From Carpediemonas membranifera BICM (Eukaryota > Protista > Fornicata), in contig JAHDYR010000020.1 in NCBI GenBank assembly GCA_019828565.1, positions 167,769 to 231,768 on the forward strand: a stretch of DNA of 64,000 nucleotides. Direction: 5' to 3'. The notes under the pieces were generated by a model, which had not been told where the DNA came from, did not search any database, and saw nothing but the letters and a program-made list of their open reading frames with translations. Shown here piece by piece: positions 53,092 to 63,089 of this stretch; position 1 is the first letter of the stretch, and every line of letters begins with the position of its first letter. The translations under genes and the position numbers were made by a program.

Positions 53092-55611
53092 CTAGAAGTC
53101 GCCAAGGCACTCGCCCGAATAATCGGCCTCGTTGCCGCATGGAACCAGTTCAACGCACTCAACGGCGCCAGGTGCGATTGTCGTCCAGAAGGCGGGCTCA
53201 TCTGGGTTCAGATCCCGCGCCCGGTCGAAGTCCCGCGCAGCCCCGATGTACTCGGCCATCTCCTTATAGCAGAAGCCGCGGCGATACAGGGCGCGTGCAT
53301 TGGTGGGCTGGTGCGTGATGACCGTGGTGAAGTCGTCCACAGCTGCCTCGAGGCTGCCTTTCATCTGATACGCCTTGGCCCGCTCATGCACGATGGCGAC
53401 GCGCTGAGGTGGCCACTCCATGTACTGGATCGAGGCGAAACGGGACACGTGGACGCCCGCAGTTGCTTCAGAGGAGAGGGTGAAGGCCTCGATCGCCTCG
53501 TCCCACGCTTCACACTTCGCACATGCGATACCGAGGTAATAGGCTGCCTTCCCGACTAGCTCTGCAGGGGTAGTCTTCCTTGCCGCCAAAGCTTTCCTGA
53601 ACGCCACACAGGCCTCTCTTGCCCGGCCCAATTCGATGAGGATGCGGCCAAGGTCGTAGTACTGGACGGGTTGCGGGTCTGAGGCAGCCAGAGCCTCGCG
53701 GATCCGACCCTCTGCTGGGCCATACTGCTCAATCTCAAAAAGATTCACCGCCATGGCCGTGATAGTGTTGGACAAGAGCAGCTTCCGCTTCTGGTCTGGG
53801 TTGCGGAAGCCTTGCAGAATCTCGATGCCCTGTTGGAGATAATCGGAAGCCTCCTCGTGTCGGCTGGTCTTCTCACAGACCTCAGCCAACGATCTGTACA
53901 CGGCAAAGAGGTCGTCGTTGTCGGCTAGGACCGCTATCCTGCGTCTAAATGGGTCGGCGCAGCGGGAGTCCGAGTTCCAGAACGACAGCCACGTCTGGTC
54001 GACCGGCAGGGTCCTAGGGAAGACGCCGTAGACTGACAGGCTCTCGGGCTTCTCCACAGTGTAGTCTGGCCGCTTTCCGTGCCGTGCAGCATCAGCCCAT
54101 CGCGCGACATCCTCCAACGAAGACGTGTCATCACGATGCTTGACAATGAGAATGAGGGCCACGCGGAGGTCGAAGTACGCCTGCTGATACTTGCGGCCTC
54201 TGAGCCACACGAGACCTCTGTTGAAGAAGAGGTGCCACAGTGACGGGGGCACGCCGGGGATGTCGACGACATCAGCGTCAAAATCCGTGATGGGCCCGAC
54301 ATCATGGGCTGCCAGACGGCGCCAAGGGTGGAACGCGGGGCAGATCCGTGACATCGGGGGCAAGTTGGTCGAATCGTATCGGCATGAGATAATAAGATGT
54401 TTGACCGCTTCCGGTGTGTCATGTGCCATCTCCAAGCGCAGTGCCTCCGTGAAGTTGTCCACGGCCGGCCCATACTCCAGCAGCTGGTGGTATGCCCGGC
54501 CCAGCAGTTCCCGGACGCGGGGGCAGCCGGGCTCATCGTCCATGCACCGCTTCAGCGCGACCGTGGCGTCGTTGGCCCTGCCTGCGAACAGTGATCCGAG
54601 CCCGAGGAAGTACCATGCGTACGTGACGTCATTGTGGCTCGCAACCACGCCCCGCAGCTCGTCAAGGGCCTCCTGTGCCTCCCCTGCGGCTTGCAGTGCG
54701 AGTGCATGGCAGACCCTGTACTTAGGTGCCGCTTCCACGATCCTGAGGGCAAGACCGGCGTCCTTGACAGAGGTGTCGACCCGACCGAGGATCCGGTAGC
54801 AGTTCGCCCGGTGGAACAGCGTGTCAGCTCTCGCCACGTTCTCGCTAGCAGGCAGCTTGAGTGCATTCGAGAAGTCGTCCATGGCCTCGTCGAACTGGTC
54901 CAGCAGGTACCGTGCCAGACCGCGGTTGTTGTAGTAGCGGGCCTTCTTCTCGAGCTCGAGGGCCATGGAGAAGTACTTCACCGCCTCTGCGTACTGATCA
55001 GCGTCAATCAGCACCTCGCCGAGTTCATTCATGACATCCGGGTCTGAACGGCCTTGCATGGCCTCGCGCATGGCGTGGATGGCGCTGTGGACATCCTTGC
55101 TGCGGAGTACTCGGGCCAGGGCAAGATGCGAGTCGCTGTGGCCGGGATTGATTGCCAGTGATGCCCTGAAATCCCTTTCAGCATGGTCGTATTCACCGAG
55201 ATCGTAGTAAATGAGCCCCCGGTTGTAAAACTGGATATGGTGGCGTGTATCGAGCCGAATCGCCTCAGTGAAGTCAGCCATGGAGTCTTCCAGTTCCCCT
55301 AACGCGTACTGGCACTCTCCCCGACAGTTCCAGAAGGCCCACATGTCGCCCTCAAGGCCGATGGCCATCGAAGCGTCAAAAATGCCTCTGTCGAAAATTT
55401 TCATCTTCTGGTGACACCTAGCACGTGCAAAGAAGTACCGTGCTACTGCTGGGCTGCGGTTGATGGCCCCAGTAAAAATTTCGTACGCTTTCTCAATGTT
55501 TCCCAAGCCGTATTCCTTCTTTCCAACGAGATACATCTCCGCTGCCTCTTCTATTGCCTTCTGACGCTCAGCTTCCCGTTTCCTCTGCTGGTAGCCCCAA
55601 GCAAACGACAT
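53092..55611 (-). CDS. Tetratricopeptide-repeat protein (839 aa)
   Basis: Multiple TPR consensus units (NRG...A..DF..A). Confidence 0.88.
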   Translation of the reverse strand: MSFAWGYQQRKREAERQKAIEEAAEMYLVGKKEYGLGNIEKAYEIFTGAINRSPAVARYFFARARCHQKMKIFDRGIFDASMAIGLEGDMWAFWNCRGECQYALGELEDSMADFTEAIRLDTRHHIQFYNRGLIYYDLGEYDHAERDFRASLAINPGHSDSHLALARVLRSKDVHSAIHAMREAMQGRSDPDVMNELGEVLIDADQYAEAVKYFSMALELEKKARYYNNRGLARYLLDQFDEAMDDFSNALKLPASENVARADTLFHRANCYRILGRVDTSVKDAGLALRIVEAAPKYRVCHALALQAAGEAQEALDELRGVVASHNDVTYAWYFLGLGSLFAGRANDATVALKRCMDDEPGCPRVRELLGRAYHQLLEYGPAVDNFTEALRLEMAHDTPEAVKHLIISCRYDSTNLPPMSRICPAFHPWRRLAAHDVGPITDFDADVVDIPGVPPSLWHLFFNRGLVWLRGRKYQQAYFDLRVALILIVKHRDDTSSLEDVARWADAARHGKRPDYTVEKPESLSVYGVFPRTLPVDQTWLSFWNSDSRCADPFRRRIAVLADNDDLFAVYRSLAEVCEKTSRHEEASDYLQQGIEILQGFRNPDQKRKLLLSNTITAMAVNLFEIEQYGPAEGRIREALAASDPQPVQYYDLGRILIELGRAREACVAFRKALAARKTTPAELVGKAAYYLGIACAKCEAWDEAIEAFTLSSEATAGVHVSRFASIQYMEWPPQRVAIVHERAKAYQMKGSLEAAVDDFTTVITHQPTNARALYRRGFCYKEMAEYIGAARDFDRARDLNPDEPAFWTTIAPGAVECVELVPCGNEADYSGECLGDF

Positions 55612-56023
55612 CGTTTTTTGGTCTTACCCTGCGCGCCGATCAAGATTTACCACAATAAGTCGGGATTGTGCACATATATGGTTGAACCTTGTGTCTCCCA
55701 ATGCATATATGTCCAGCATATCTGCGGAGAAGCATTCGTACCCGGCCCCAAGGCCTTCCTCGGTGACGTCGAGGGTGAGGTATACTTCTCGACCCTCGGT
55801 GGGAAGTTCGTCGGGCAACAGTCTCGCCGCCAAAGATATGCGCCATGTCGCCGAGTTGGAGAAGAATTTGTGTGTGGGTGAGTTCTGTTGGCTCCCGTTG
55901 CACGCGTGGGTCGGCGAGGCTTGTGGAGGCGGTGCTGCCTACAGCATGTGAGTCCCATGGAATCTCAATACTCCCGAATCCCGCCTCTCGCCCAGGTACA
56001 ACGTGCGTCGGCTGCATGTTTAC

Positions 56024-56401
56024 TCAGAAGGACATGACCCACTCGTAGACGGCGTCGACGGTGCGCTGGCCGGTGTACTTGACGGGGTTCGACGACTGGC
56101 CCGTGAACGCAAGGATCGAGGGGACGCCGCGGATCTCGAAACGGCCGGACAGGTCGCGGTTCTCGGTCGCGTCGACGGTGAATGCGCAGACACCAGTGGT
56201 CTGGAGGCGAAGGGCGAGCTCCTCGAAGGGCTCGTGCCACTTCTTGCAGTGGCCGCACCAGGGTGCGTAGAAGGTGACGATGGCGACGTCGCACTTGGCG
56301 ATCTCCTCGTCGAAGTTGGCTTCGCTCAGTTGAACGACTTCGCAGAACGCTGAGGCGATCAAGACGAAGAGAAGGGTAATTGAGAGCAGCTTTCTGTTCA
56401 T
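56024..56401 (-). CDS. Single-domain protein disulfide isomerase/thioredoxin with signal peptide
   Basis: Hydrophobic N-terminus; FYAPWCGHCK; KYTGQRT. Confidence 0.9.
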   Translation of the reverse strand: MNRKLLSITLLFVLIASAFCEVVQLSEANFDEEIAKCDVAIVTFYAPWCGHCKKWHEPFEELALRLQTTGVCAFTVDATENRDLSGRFEIRGVPSILAFTGQSSNPVKYTGQRTVDAVYEWVMSF

Positions 56402-56757
56402 TTCGGGTTTCTGTGCAGAATTGCCGCGTCAGTGCATGTCAGCGGGTGTCAACAGCGCCGATGACATGCCACGGCGGTGAAAACGTGAACAAGAATCAAC
56501 GTGTGGTATTATACTACCGAATCCACCAAAGCGCATTGCAGACAGTTCTCACATGCTGGAGAGTGTTCGCATCGACCACTTTGCCCGGCCTTGGCTGACA
56601 AATACGTAGCTCATTTATGGTATACATAGGGCCGAGTCCACCCTGCTTAAGCGTACCAATTTTGTTGGCATACTTCCCACGGCGGGGAAGTCCCACAATC
56701 ACCAATTGATACGTAATGGATATACGAGATCGTCCGAACGAGTGAAATGCCGTTGGG

Positions 56758-57224
56758 GATAGAATGGCTCTCTATTCAGTGCTAGTCGCAGTGGTTGAGC
56801 CTACGGGTGTGAGTGCTGAGGGTGGATTGAGTCAGCCGAGTCGTAATCTTAGACGACTTCAGAAATTAAGGTTGGGAATTTAAAAAATAAAGATGGGTCA
56901 GCCATCCTGTATGAGCTTCTATCTTGATGCAATCGTGCGAGTTTTAGCCCTCTCAGACCTCTATTCGTCATGTTCGATGTCTGTCGAAATCGAAGTTTGG
57001 GCCGACTCCAAACACATACTTCCAGTGTGCGCCCGCTGGTAATGGCCCGGATCCAGATGTTAGAGAGCTATACAAGCTTTATGGCAGAGCGACAGCGATT
57101 CGATGGTTGTAGTCGAGGTGAAAGTATCGCTCAGCTTCGGACCCGCAGACTCGAGAGGATTTCGAAAGTCAGGTGAACATGTCGCCAACCAAATTGACGG
57201 AGGATATAGCTCTTGCATGGCCTA
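56758..57224 (+). repeat. About 465-bp dispersed repeat, copy 2
   Basis: Matches 41901-42364. Confidence 0.93.
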
Positions 57225-57401
57225 TGAAGCTATTAGATGGCAATTTGGGTGATCCAGCGGACCCCAGTCGGGCCCAGACGTTCGTACAGAATCACAAGAC
57301 AGCCTCGAGTCAGCCCACCCCATTCGCCAATGTGGTCTGTGGCCATGACATTTTATCACTGCCACATGCCAGGTGAGCCGGTCTGGCTTGGTTCTTGTCG
57401 T

Positions 57402-57495
57402 GACCCCCAAACCGCGATCTGGGTGTTCCAGGACAGCGCGCTCCTGGAATCAACATGGCGTATAACACCCTGCGTATTCCGGTAGCGCGCGATTC
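57402..57495. repeat. 94-bp hairpin-rich repeat, copy 1
   Basis: 2 mismatches to 62931-63024; TTCCAGGA...TCCTGGAA stem. Confidence 0.9.
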
Positions 57496-57611
57496 TGGCG
57501 CACTTTACCCACATCGTCCGCGACCCGACCTCGATGCACCGAGCGCTCTCCCGCAAGAGTGACCGCAGCCAGCCAGGCTAATGCGCGGCAGACTGTCTGT
57601 GCAGACTGTCT

Positions 57612-57930
57612 TACCACCAGCAGACCGGATCTCGTACTTGGCGTACTCTTGCCGCTGCAGGCCGCGGTTACCGCAGGATGGCCCAGCGGTGCAGCTCTTG
57701 TCGGTACACTCCACCATGCAGGCCTTGCGTACCTCGCAGTCATCGTCAGGGCCGTCCTCGGTGCCCATGATGGGCTTGGGACAGAGGGCCATGGCCTCTT
57801 TCGTCCACTTGTTCACACGGAGCCGCCGGAACGAGGCAGGCTTGGTGGGTTTGGCGGTCTTGTGCTGCTTTGCCTTCTCATGCTTGATCTCGATAACAAC
57901 ATTTTGGCCTGGTTTTCCTTCATTGCCAAG
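57612..57930 (-). pseudogene. AWS (pre-SET) domain fragment of a Set2/NSD-like methyltransferase
   Basis: CEVRKACMVECTDKSCTAGPSCGNRGLQRQEY...GGK; no SET domain follows. Confidence 0.6.
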
Positions 57931-58078
57931 AATTCACCAAATTCTCGTTGTCTTTTGATACGACTTGGCGACGAAGTCACAGGTCAGGCAACCCCAAACG
58001 ACTTCCCACGACCTCACTGTCACAACACGACGCCATCGTTTACTGCTATCAGCTAACCATAATCGATCATCGGTCCAA

Positions 58079-59578
58079 TCATAACGCGCTCTTCAAGAAC
58101 TGGGGCAAGTCCCGCTTGCCCCGCATGACCCACCTCAGATCCATGTCCGGCGTCCTCATATTGAACTTATCAATCCCCTTCGCATCCCCAATAGCAAACT
58201 CACGCAGGGTCGACCCCAAGTCAAGTCGAGTCACGACTTCGCCCTGGGGGACTTGGGTCCGGAGTCCAATGACATACACGCTGTGCGGTATCTCATCCCC
58301 CTCATCGACGAAGGCCTTGGGGTATATCCGGATGGTCTTCATGGCGTACCCGTGGTGGTAGGCCATCGAGTTGACCAGGAACCGCAACCGGGACTCCAGG
58401 AACCCTGTCCATTTCTTCAGGTTGTCCGGCGTGGCAGTGGTCGCGGTGAGGATCAGATAGCTGTTAAACCGGCCGAACAAGTCAAACGGCTCGAACAGCT
58501 CCTCCCAGCCGTCGGTGCCGACCTGGCCCGTCCGGATCTTATCACAGATGACCTTAGCCCGGGTGAACTCGTCCTCCATCACGGCCAGGGTCGCGTTGTT
58601 GACGTTGAACGTACTGTTCGCCGCAGGATACGAGGGCGTGAGGATCGGCATCCGGTCGGCCCGGGCGTGCGGGTCCGAGGTGTCCCAGACGTGCAGGCTG
58701 TACTGGTCCCCCGTGGGCCTGATTTCCTTGATCAGGATGGGGGTCGGCCACGCCCACACCGCGAGCAGACGGAAGAAGGAGATCGTCGCGTCCTCGGCGG
58801 AGAGAATCGACGAGGGACTGCGGGTGCGCTGTATGACGTATGTGACAAGGATGGCGAGGTTCACACCGCCAAGGTACCCGTACTTGTTGCCGTAAATGCC
58901 CCGCTGCCGGGCCCAGTGACGGACGGCCCTGAGGGCAATCCTGAACTGCTCCATGGCTGCCTCCCTGTCCTCACCGGTGTATGGCTCCTTGATGATGGCT
59001 TCAATGTCTCTGTTGACGCGAACACCGTTCAAACTACGGATGGAAAAGTCGTCCATGTTGAAGAGCACAGAGTCCTGCTGGATCATCGATGTCAGGCTCC
59101 TCTGTTCGACGGGGAGGCGGTCGACGTTGAGGATGGCTACGATGAGATCGAACTCGACACCTCTGAACTTGGTCTTGATGATGGGCACGTAGACGTTTTC
59201 GTTGATGCTCTCGCAAAATGCATCCTTGTCGGCACTGATGTCCTTGCGGAGAGCTTCGGCGAAGTCGGAGAAGACGTCCTCACGCACAACAAAGGAGGGA
59301 AAGACGATAAGTGAATCGATATCAGCGCCAGGGGCATTCACGCCAAGGAGCTGTGAGCCGTACGTCAGAATACGGGCAAAAGAAGCGGGGTCGTCGCTGC
59401 CATGCTGCTTGTTGTATCGTTCCATCGTCCAGGTCTGCACAAACTCTTCTAGGCGTGCAAGTACTTGAAAACGACGCTGGTCCTCTGAACGATCTTCTAC
59501 TAGCCCGAAACCGCGTGTGTATGAATCCAAGGGGCTCAGTTCGCCTCCTTCAGTCGCAATTGCCAGCCGGGGATCCAT
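58079..59578 (-). CDS. PAP1: Canonical poly(A) polymerase
   Basis: YGSQLLGV...ADIDSL, VPIIK, RSLNGVRV, GYLGGV, MPILTPSYP, GFLESRLR. Confidence 0.95.
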   Translation of the reverse strand: MDPRLAIATEGGELSPLDSYTRGFGLVEDRSEDQRRFQVLARLEEFVQTWTMERYNKQHGSDDPASFARILTYGSQLLGVNAPGADIDSLIVFPSFVVREDVFSDFAEALRKDISADKDAFCESINENVYVPIIKTKFRGVEFDLIVAILNVDRLPVEQRSLTSMIQQDSVLFNMDDFSIRSLNGVRVNRDIEAIIKEPYTGEDREAAMEQFRIALRAVRHWARQRGIYGNKYGYLGGVNLAILVTYVIQRTRSPSSILSAEDATISFFRLLAVWAWPTPILIKEIRPTGDQYSLHVWDTSDPHARADRMPILTPSYPAANSTFNVNNATLAVMEDEFTRAKVICDKIRTGQVGTDGWEELFEPFDLFGRFNSYLILTATTATPDNLKKWTGFLESRLRFLVNSMAYHHGYAMKTIRIYPKAFVDEGDEIPHSVYVIGLRTQVPQGEVVTRLDLGSTLREFAIGDAKGIDKFNMRTPDMDLRWVMRGKRDLPQFLKSAL

Positions 59579-59619
59579 GCAACACAAAACAAGCTACTTG
59601 GAAATACCACTGTGTGCAG

Positions 59620-59812
59620 TTTATGTAACAAGCATTGTAGCGTGTCACAAGCGGCCGGCCGAGACCAGCCATTCCTCCGGGAGGATTTCACTCAGGGAAA
59701 GCCGACCGGCGTCCCCATCTGCGCCCCCCACCGGGGAGGATTGGATAATAGTAGTAGTAGGTGATGTCCGGAGCAGGCGACGATGGTTCGCCACCCGGAC
59801 CTGGTGTAGGCT
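59620..59812 (-). repeat. Diverged coding-derived repeat, copy 2
   Basis: Homologous to 32533-32724. Confidence 0.7.
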
Positions 59813-59972
59813 GTCGCAGATCCACCTCATTAGCGACCGCGCCAGTGCGTCGTGGGCCTCTCTCAGAGAAAACGACTCAGTTCGACTCGTGAGCCAAGCA
59901 CTGCCCGACACGATGAATGCTCACGTTCTCGCCCAAATCACATTAAATGCTTAAATCTTTACTACTGATCGC

Positions 59973-60878
59973 CTAGGGCTTCGGGCTGACCGGGCTCATG
60001 CTCCCGATCATCGCAGGAGACGACGACGGGAACGTACCAGAGATGGCGAGGCTCGCGGCCTCCGACTCGATCACCTCCTTCTTGCTCAGGATCTCGCTCT
60101 CCGCGCCCTCGATCTCAATCTCGGCCTGCTCGTGGCGGAATCTCTTCTCCGCCATCTTTCGGAACTTGTCGAAAGAAGACGCCAGCCTGGTTGACACTGT
60201 GTTGACAGCCCGCATGGGGATCTTGCCCTTGAAGTCAAGGTACTCCACCTGGGTCGCCTGGCACATGGTGGTCTGCAGGGTGGGTGAGGGGGAGCCGTGG
60301 ACGTCGAGCGGCGTGATGGTCGCCCCGCTGCCGGGCATGATCGCAGCCCGGACCATGCCAGGGTTCGCGGGGCAGCCGGGGTGCTCTACAGAGTGGTACT
60401 CGATGACATACCGGCCGCTGTCCTCGCTGAACTGGAACCGCATCTGGATGACGACGTCGCGCGGTTTGAGGAGGGGGATGGGGGACTTGAAGACCATGTG
60501 CCACACGGCAGTGTCCTCGTCAATCTCCTCGAGTAGTGTCGAGTGATCGAACATGCTGTCCCACTTGCTTCTGAACGTGGAATCCAGAAAGTAAGTCAGG
60601 ACAAGAGGAGCAGGCACAGCGAAGTCGCATGTCGTTCTGACGCCGTCAAACGGATGCTTCTTGATCTTGTCGAGCCAAACAGTCGAATGCTTGCCCTCCT
60701 TCACGCGGTTCCAGCGCGGGGAGGTCGTGCTCGCGTTGTACTGGATGTGAGAAACGAGGTCGTTGTACTCTGACGATACTGGGAGTTGGTAAGCGTATTT
60801 CTCTTCTGGTTCTTCCATTAATGTCTTCTCATGGTTCGCATCAAACACATTCGCACAAATGTCCGCAGATGTTTCCAC
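59973..60878 (-). CDS. START-domain lipid-binding protein (start uncertain)
   Basis: RSKWD, PRDVV, SVEHPGCP..PGMVRA, DFKGKIP. Confidence 0.85.
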   Translation of the reverse strand: METSADICANVFDANHEKTLMEEPEEKYAYQLPVSSEYNDLVSHIQYNASTTSPRWNRVKEGKHSTVWLDKIKKHPFDGVRTTCDFAVPAPLVLTYFLDSTFRSKWDSMFDHSTLLEEIDEDTAVWHMVFKSPIPLLKPRDVVIQMRFQFSEDSGRYVIEYHSVEHPGCPANPGMVRAAIMPGSGATITPLDVHGSPSPTLQTTMCQATQVEYLDFKGKIPMRAVNTVSTRLASSFDKFRKMAEKRFRHEQAEIEIEGAESEILSKKEVIESEAASLAISGTFPSSSPAMIGSMSPVSPKP

Positions 60879-61034
60879 CGCAGTAATGGGCGGAAGACAG
60901 AGACGAGTCTTGGTTGACGTGATGGTGCATCAAAGCCAGACAATCACCCAGAATAGGCCTCTCTCGGCGTCATGAATGGCAAATTTTAAAAATTTATGAC
61001 TCGACACAAACCGCATGCCGCCCACAACAGCTGA

Positions 61035-62600
61035 TCATATCGCCGGAATATACGCGAACAGCAGCCCAAGGATGGTACCAATGAGCAGTGCAGTCATCTG
61101 ACTGAGCTGCATGAGGACACCGCTCAGGTCCCGCAGCTCGGGCGGGACCTTATCTCCGGCAAACATAAAAGATTCCGCACCGAGGATCCCGTTGCTCACG
61201 GCGAACGCTGCTGTCAGGAGCATCGGGAAGGGGTCAAAGGCAAAGCGGGCGCGGAGAATGTAGAGCGCCAAGAAGGCAGGCCCGCTGAGCACGGCGCGGA
61301 CAATGGACAGCGGGGCGACAAGGCGGCGTGGAACCCGGCCGTAGCGGTACTTCGTGACAAACCGCCCCGCCTGGTCGCCGATCATGAATATGGTCAGCTG
61401 AATCACGGGGAACCAGCCCGTGCGGTTCAGCACAGGGACGATAGAGGGGACAGCCGTCACCAGGCCCGGGAAGCAGGCGGTCGTCACGCAGAATACCGCG
61501 GCGACGGAGAAGTTGAACGGCCACTGTGCGCGGAGGATCATCCAGATCCGGGCCAGATAGATGCCCAGGGCCGCGGCCTTGGTCGGGGTCTGCGCCACCC
61601 CGTCCACTGCCACGCCGGGCTCAGTGGCGCCGAGGAGCCCGTCCTCGAGCTGATCGCCCAGTGTCTCGCTCTCAGACCCTGCCTTGCCCGAGGTTGGGTC
61701 GGGCGCAGTGAGGGCGACCATGTCCTCCTCGGGCTCAGAACTTGCATGAGCTGCAGCTGCCTTCTGCATGGCCTTCTCGGCGAGGTAGAGCGGGAAGGCA
61801 GAGGCGAAGAGGAGTCCGGCGACCGAGAAGAACAGCATGGCGGAGGCGAATGCCTCGTACTTCGCAGGGATGAGGCCCAGCTCGATGAAGACCTTGGTGA
61901 CGATGCGGAGACCGATGGCAGCGATGCCGGCGGTGCCCTGCCCGGTCATCACCGCCTGGATGTGAGCTGACCCTGCCGACGAGGCGATGGACATCACAGC
62001 CGAGCCCATGACACTGTACATGATGCCACAGAGGAAGATTAGGCCGAGAGCGACGTACTTGGAAAATCCGCCGAAGATGAAGGGGACCACGGGAAGCACG
62101 AGGAAGACGGCGATTATACCAGTCATCGACGTGGCCAGCCATGTAGTGGGGGAGAGCAGACGGAGGAGGAAGATCATGATGAGATAGACGAATGGGTTGC
62201 CGAGGGAGAAAATCATGCTCGCCGCAAACTCGAAGTTCGCCCCGGGGTACTCGGTCTCCCAATAGTCGGGGACGCCGATAATGGCGTTAAACGGCAGGAG
62301 CATGGAGCAGCCAAGGGATACGCTGACCATATAGGAGAACAGCCGCTGCCATTGCGGGGTGTGGTCAAGGGTGGTGGGCTCGTAGATGTCGGCGAGAAGG
62401 GACCCGGAGGCATCCGAACTTATCTGCTCGTCATCATTGAGCGGCTGAGATGCTTCGCTTGATGATTGATTGTCGCTTTCCTTGTCTTTGGGCTCTTCTT
62501 CGGGCAAATCGTCCTCTACGGCCTGGAAGATCAAGTTCTCAACGCTCGTATCATCAATTAAATCCGAAACTGGTCGTGAATTGCCGTCATTATCATCCAT
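61035..62600 (-). CDS. Equilibrative nucleoside transporter (ENT/SLC29)
   Basis: LGCSMLLPFNA, AVMTGQGTAG, FPG, GDQAGR, SNG; about 11 TM helices. Confidence 0.9.
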   Translation of the reverse strand: MDDNDGNSRPVSDLIDDTSVENLIFQAVEDDLPEEEPKDKESDNQSSSEASQPLNDDEQISSDASGSLLADIYEPTTLDHTPQWQRLFSYMVSVSLGCSMLLPFNAIIGVPDYWETEYPGANFEFAASMIFSLGNPFVYLIMIFLLRLLSPTTWLATSMTGIIAVFLVLPVVPFIFGGFSKYVALGLIFLCGIMYSVMGSAVMSIASSAGSAHIQAVMTGQGTAGIAAIGLRIVTKVFIELGLIPAKYEAFASAMLFFSVAGLLFASAFPLYLAEKAMQKAAAAHASSEPEEDMVALTAPDPTSGKAGSESETLGDQLEDGLLGATEPGVAVDGVAQTPTKAAALGIYLARIWMILRAQWPFNFSVAAVFCVTTACFPGLVTAVPSIVPVLNRTGWFPVIQLTIFMIGDQAGRFVTKYRYGRVPRRLVAPLSIVRAVLSGPAFLALYILRARFAFDPFPMLLTAAFAVSNGILGAESFMFAGDKVPPELRDLSGVLMQLSQMTALLIGTILGLLFAYIPAI

Positions 62601-62930
62601 TGTGACGTTTCAAGTGCTGTCAGCAATCGCCCGACCGGGCTGGACCGCGCAGAATAAAGCACTCCAGCTCGACCCCGCGATCTCGCCGGGACATTGGCTA
62701 ACTGTCTGCATTTACTGCGTCAGACTGTGCCGTGCTGGACGGACTTGACCAGCGGGGCGGCTGGTCTGGTGAGCATCAAAGCGCAGACCGCCTCGCTCTC
62801 ACGCAGCTGAAGCGACAGCATCCGCAGACTCGCAACGCACAGAGTATGCAATGCCCGTTGTACGCACTCGGGGCATGCTTGCTTGGGCCATGCTGCCCAT
62901 GATGTTGACGGGCGATCGAGAATTGGGGTC

Positions 62931-63024
62931 GACCCCCAAACCGCGATCTGGGTGTTCCAGGACTGCGCGCTCCTGGAATCAACAGGGCGTATAACACCCT
63001 GCGTATTCCGGTAGCGCGCGATTC
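62931..63024. repeat. 94-bp hairpin-rich repeat, copy 2
   Basis: Matches 57402-57495. Confidence 0.9.
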
Positions 63025-63089
63025 ATCGCACCACGACCGCGTTAATCGCCATCCGAGAGCTAATCCCGATTGGAAAATGATCCGCAAAT

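Noticed and set aside
55624-55960. Short overlapping ORFs between the TPR and PDI genes
   Set aside because: No consistent start or recognisable motif.
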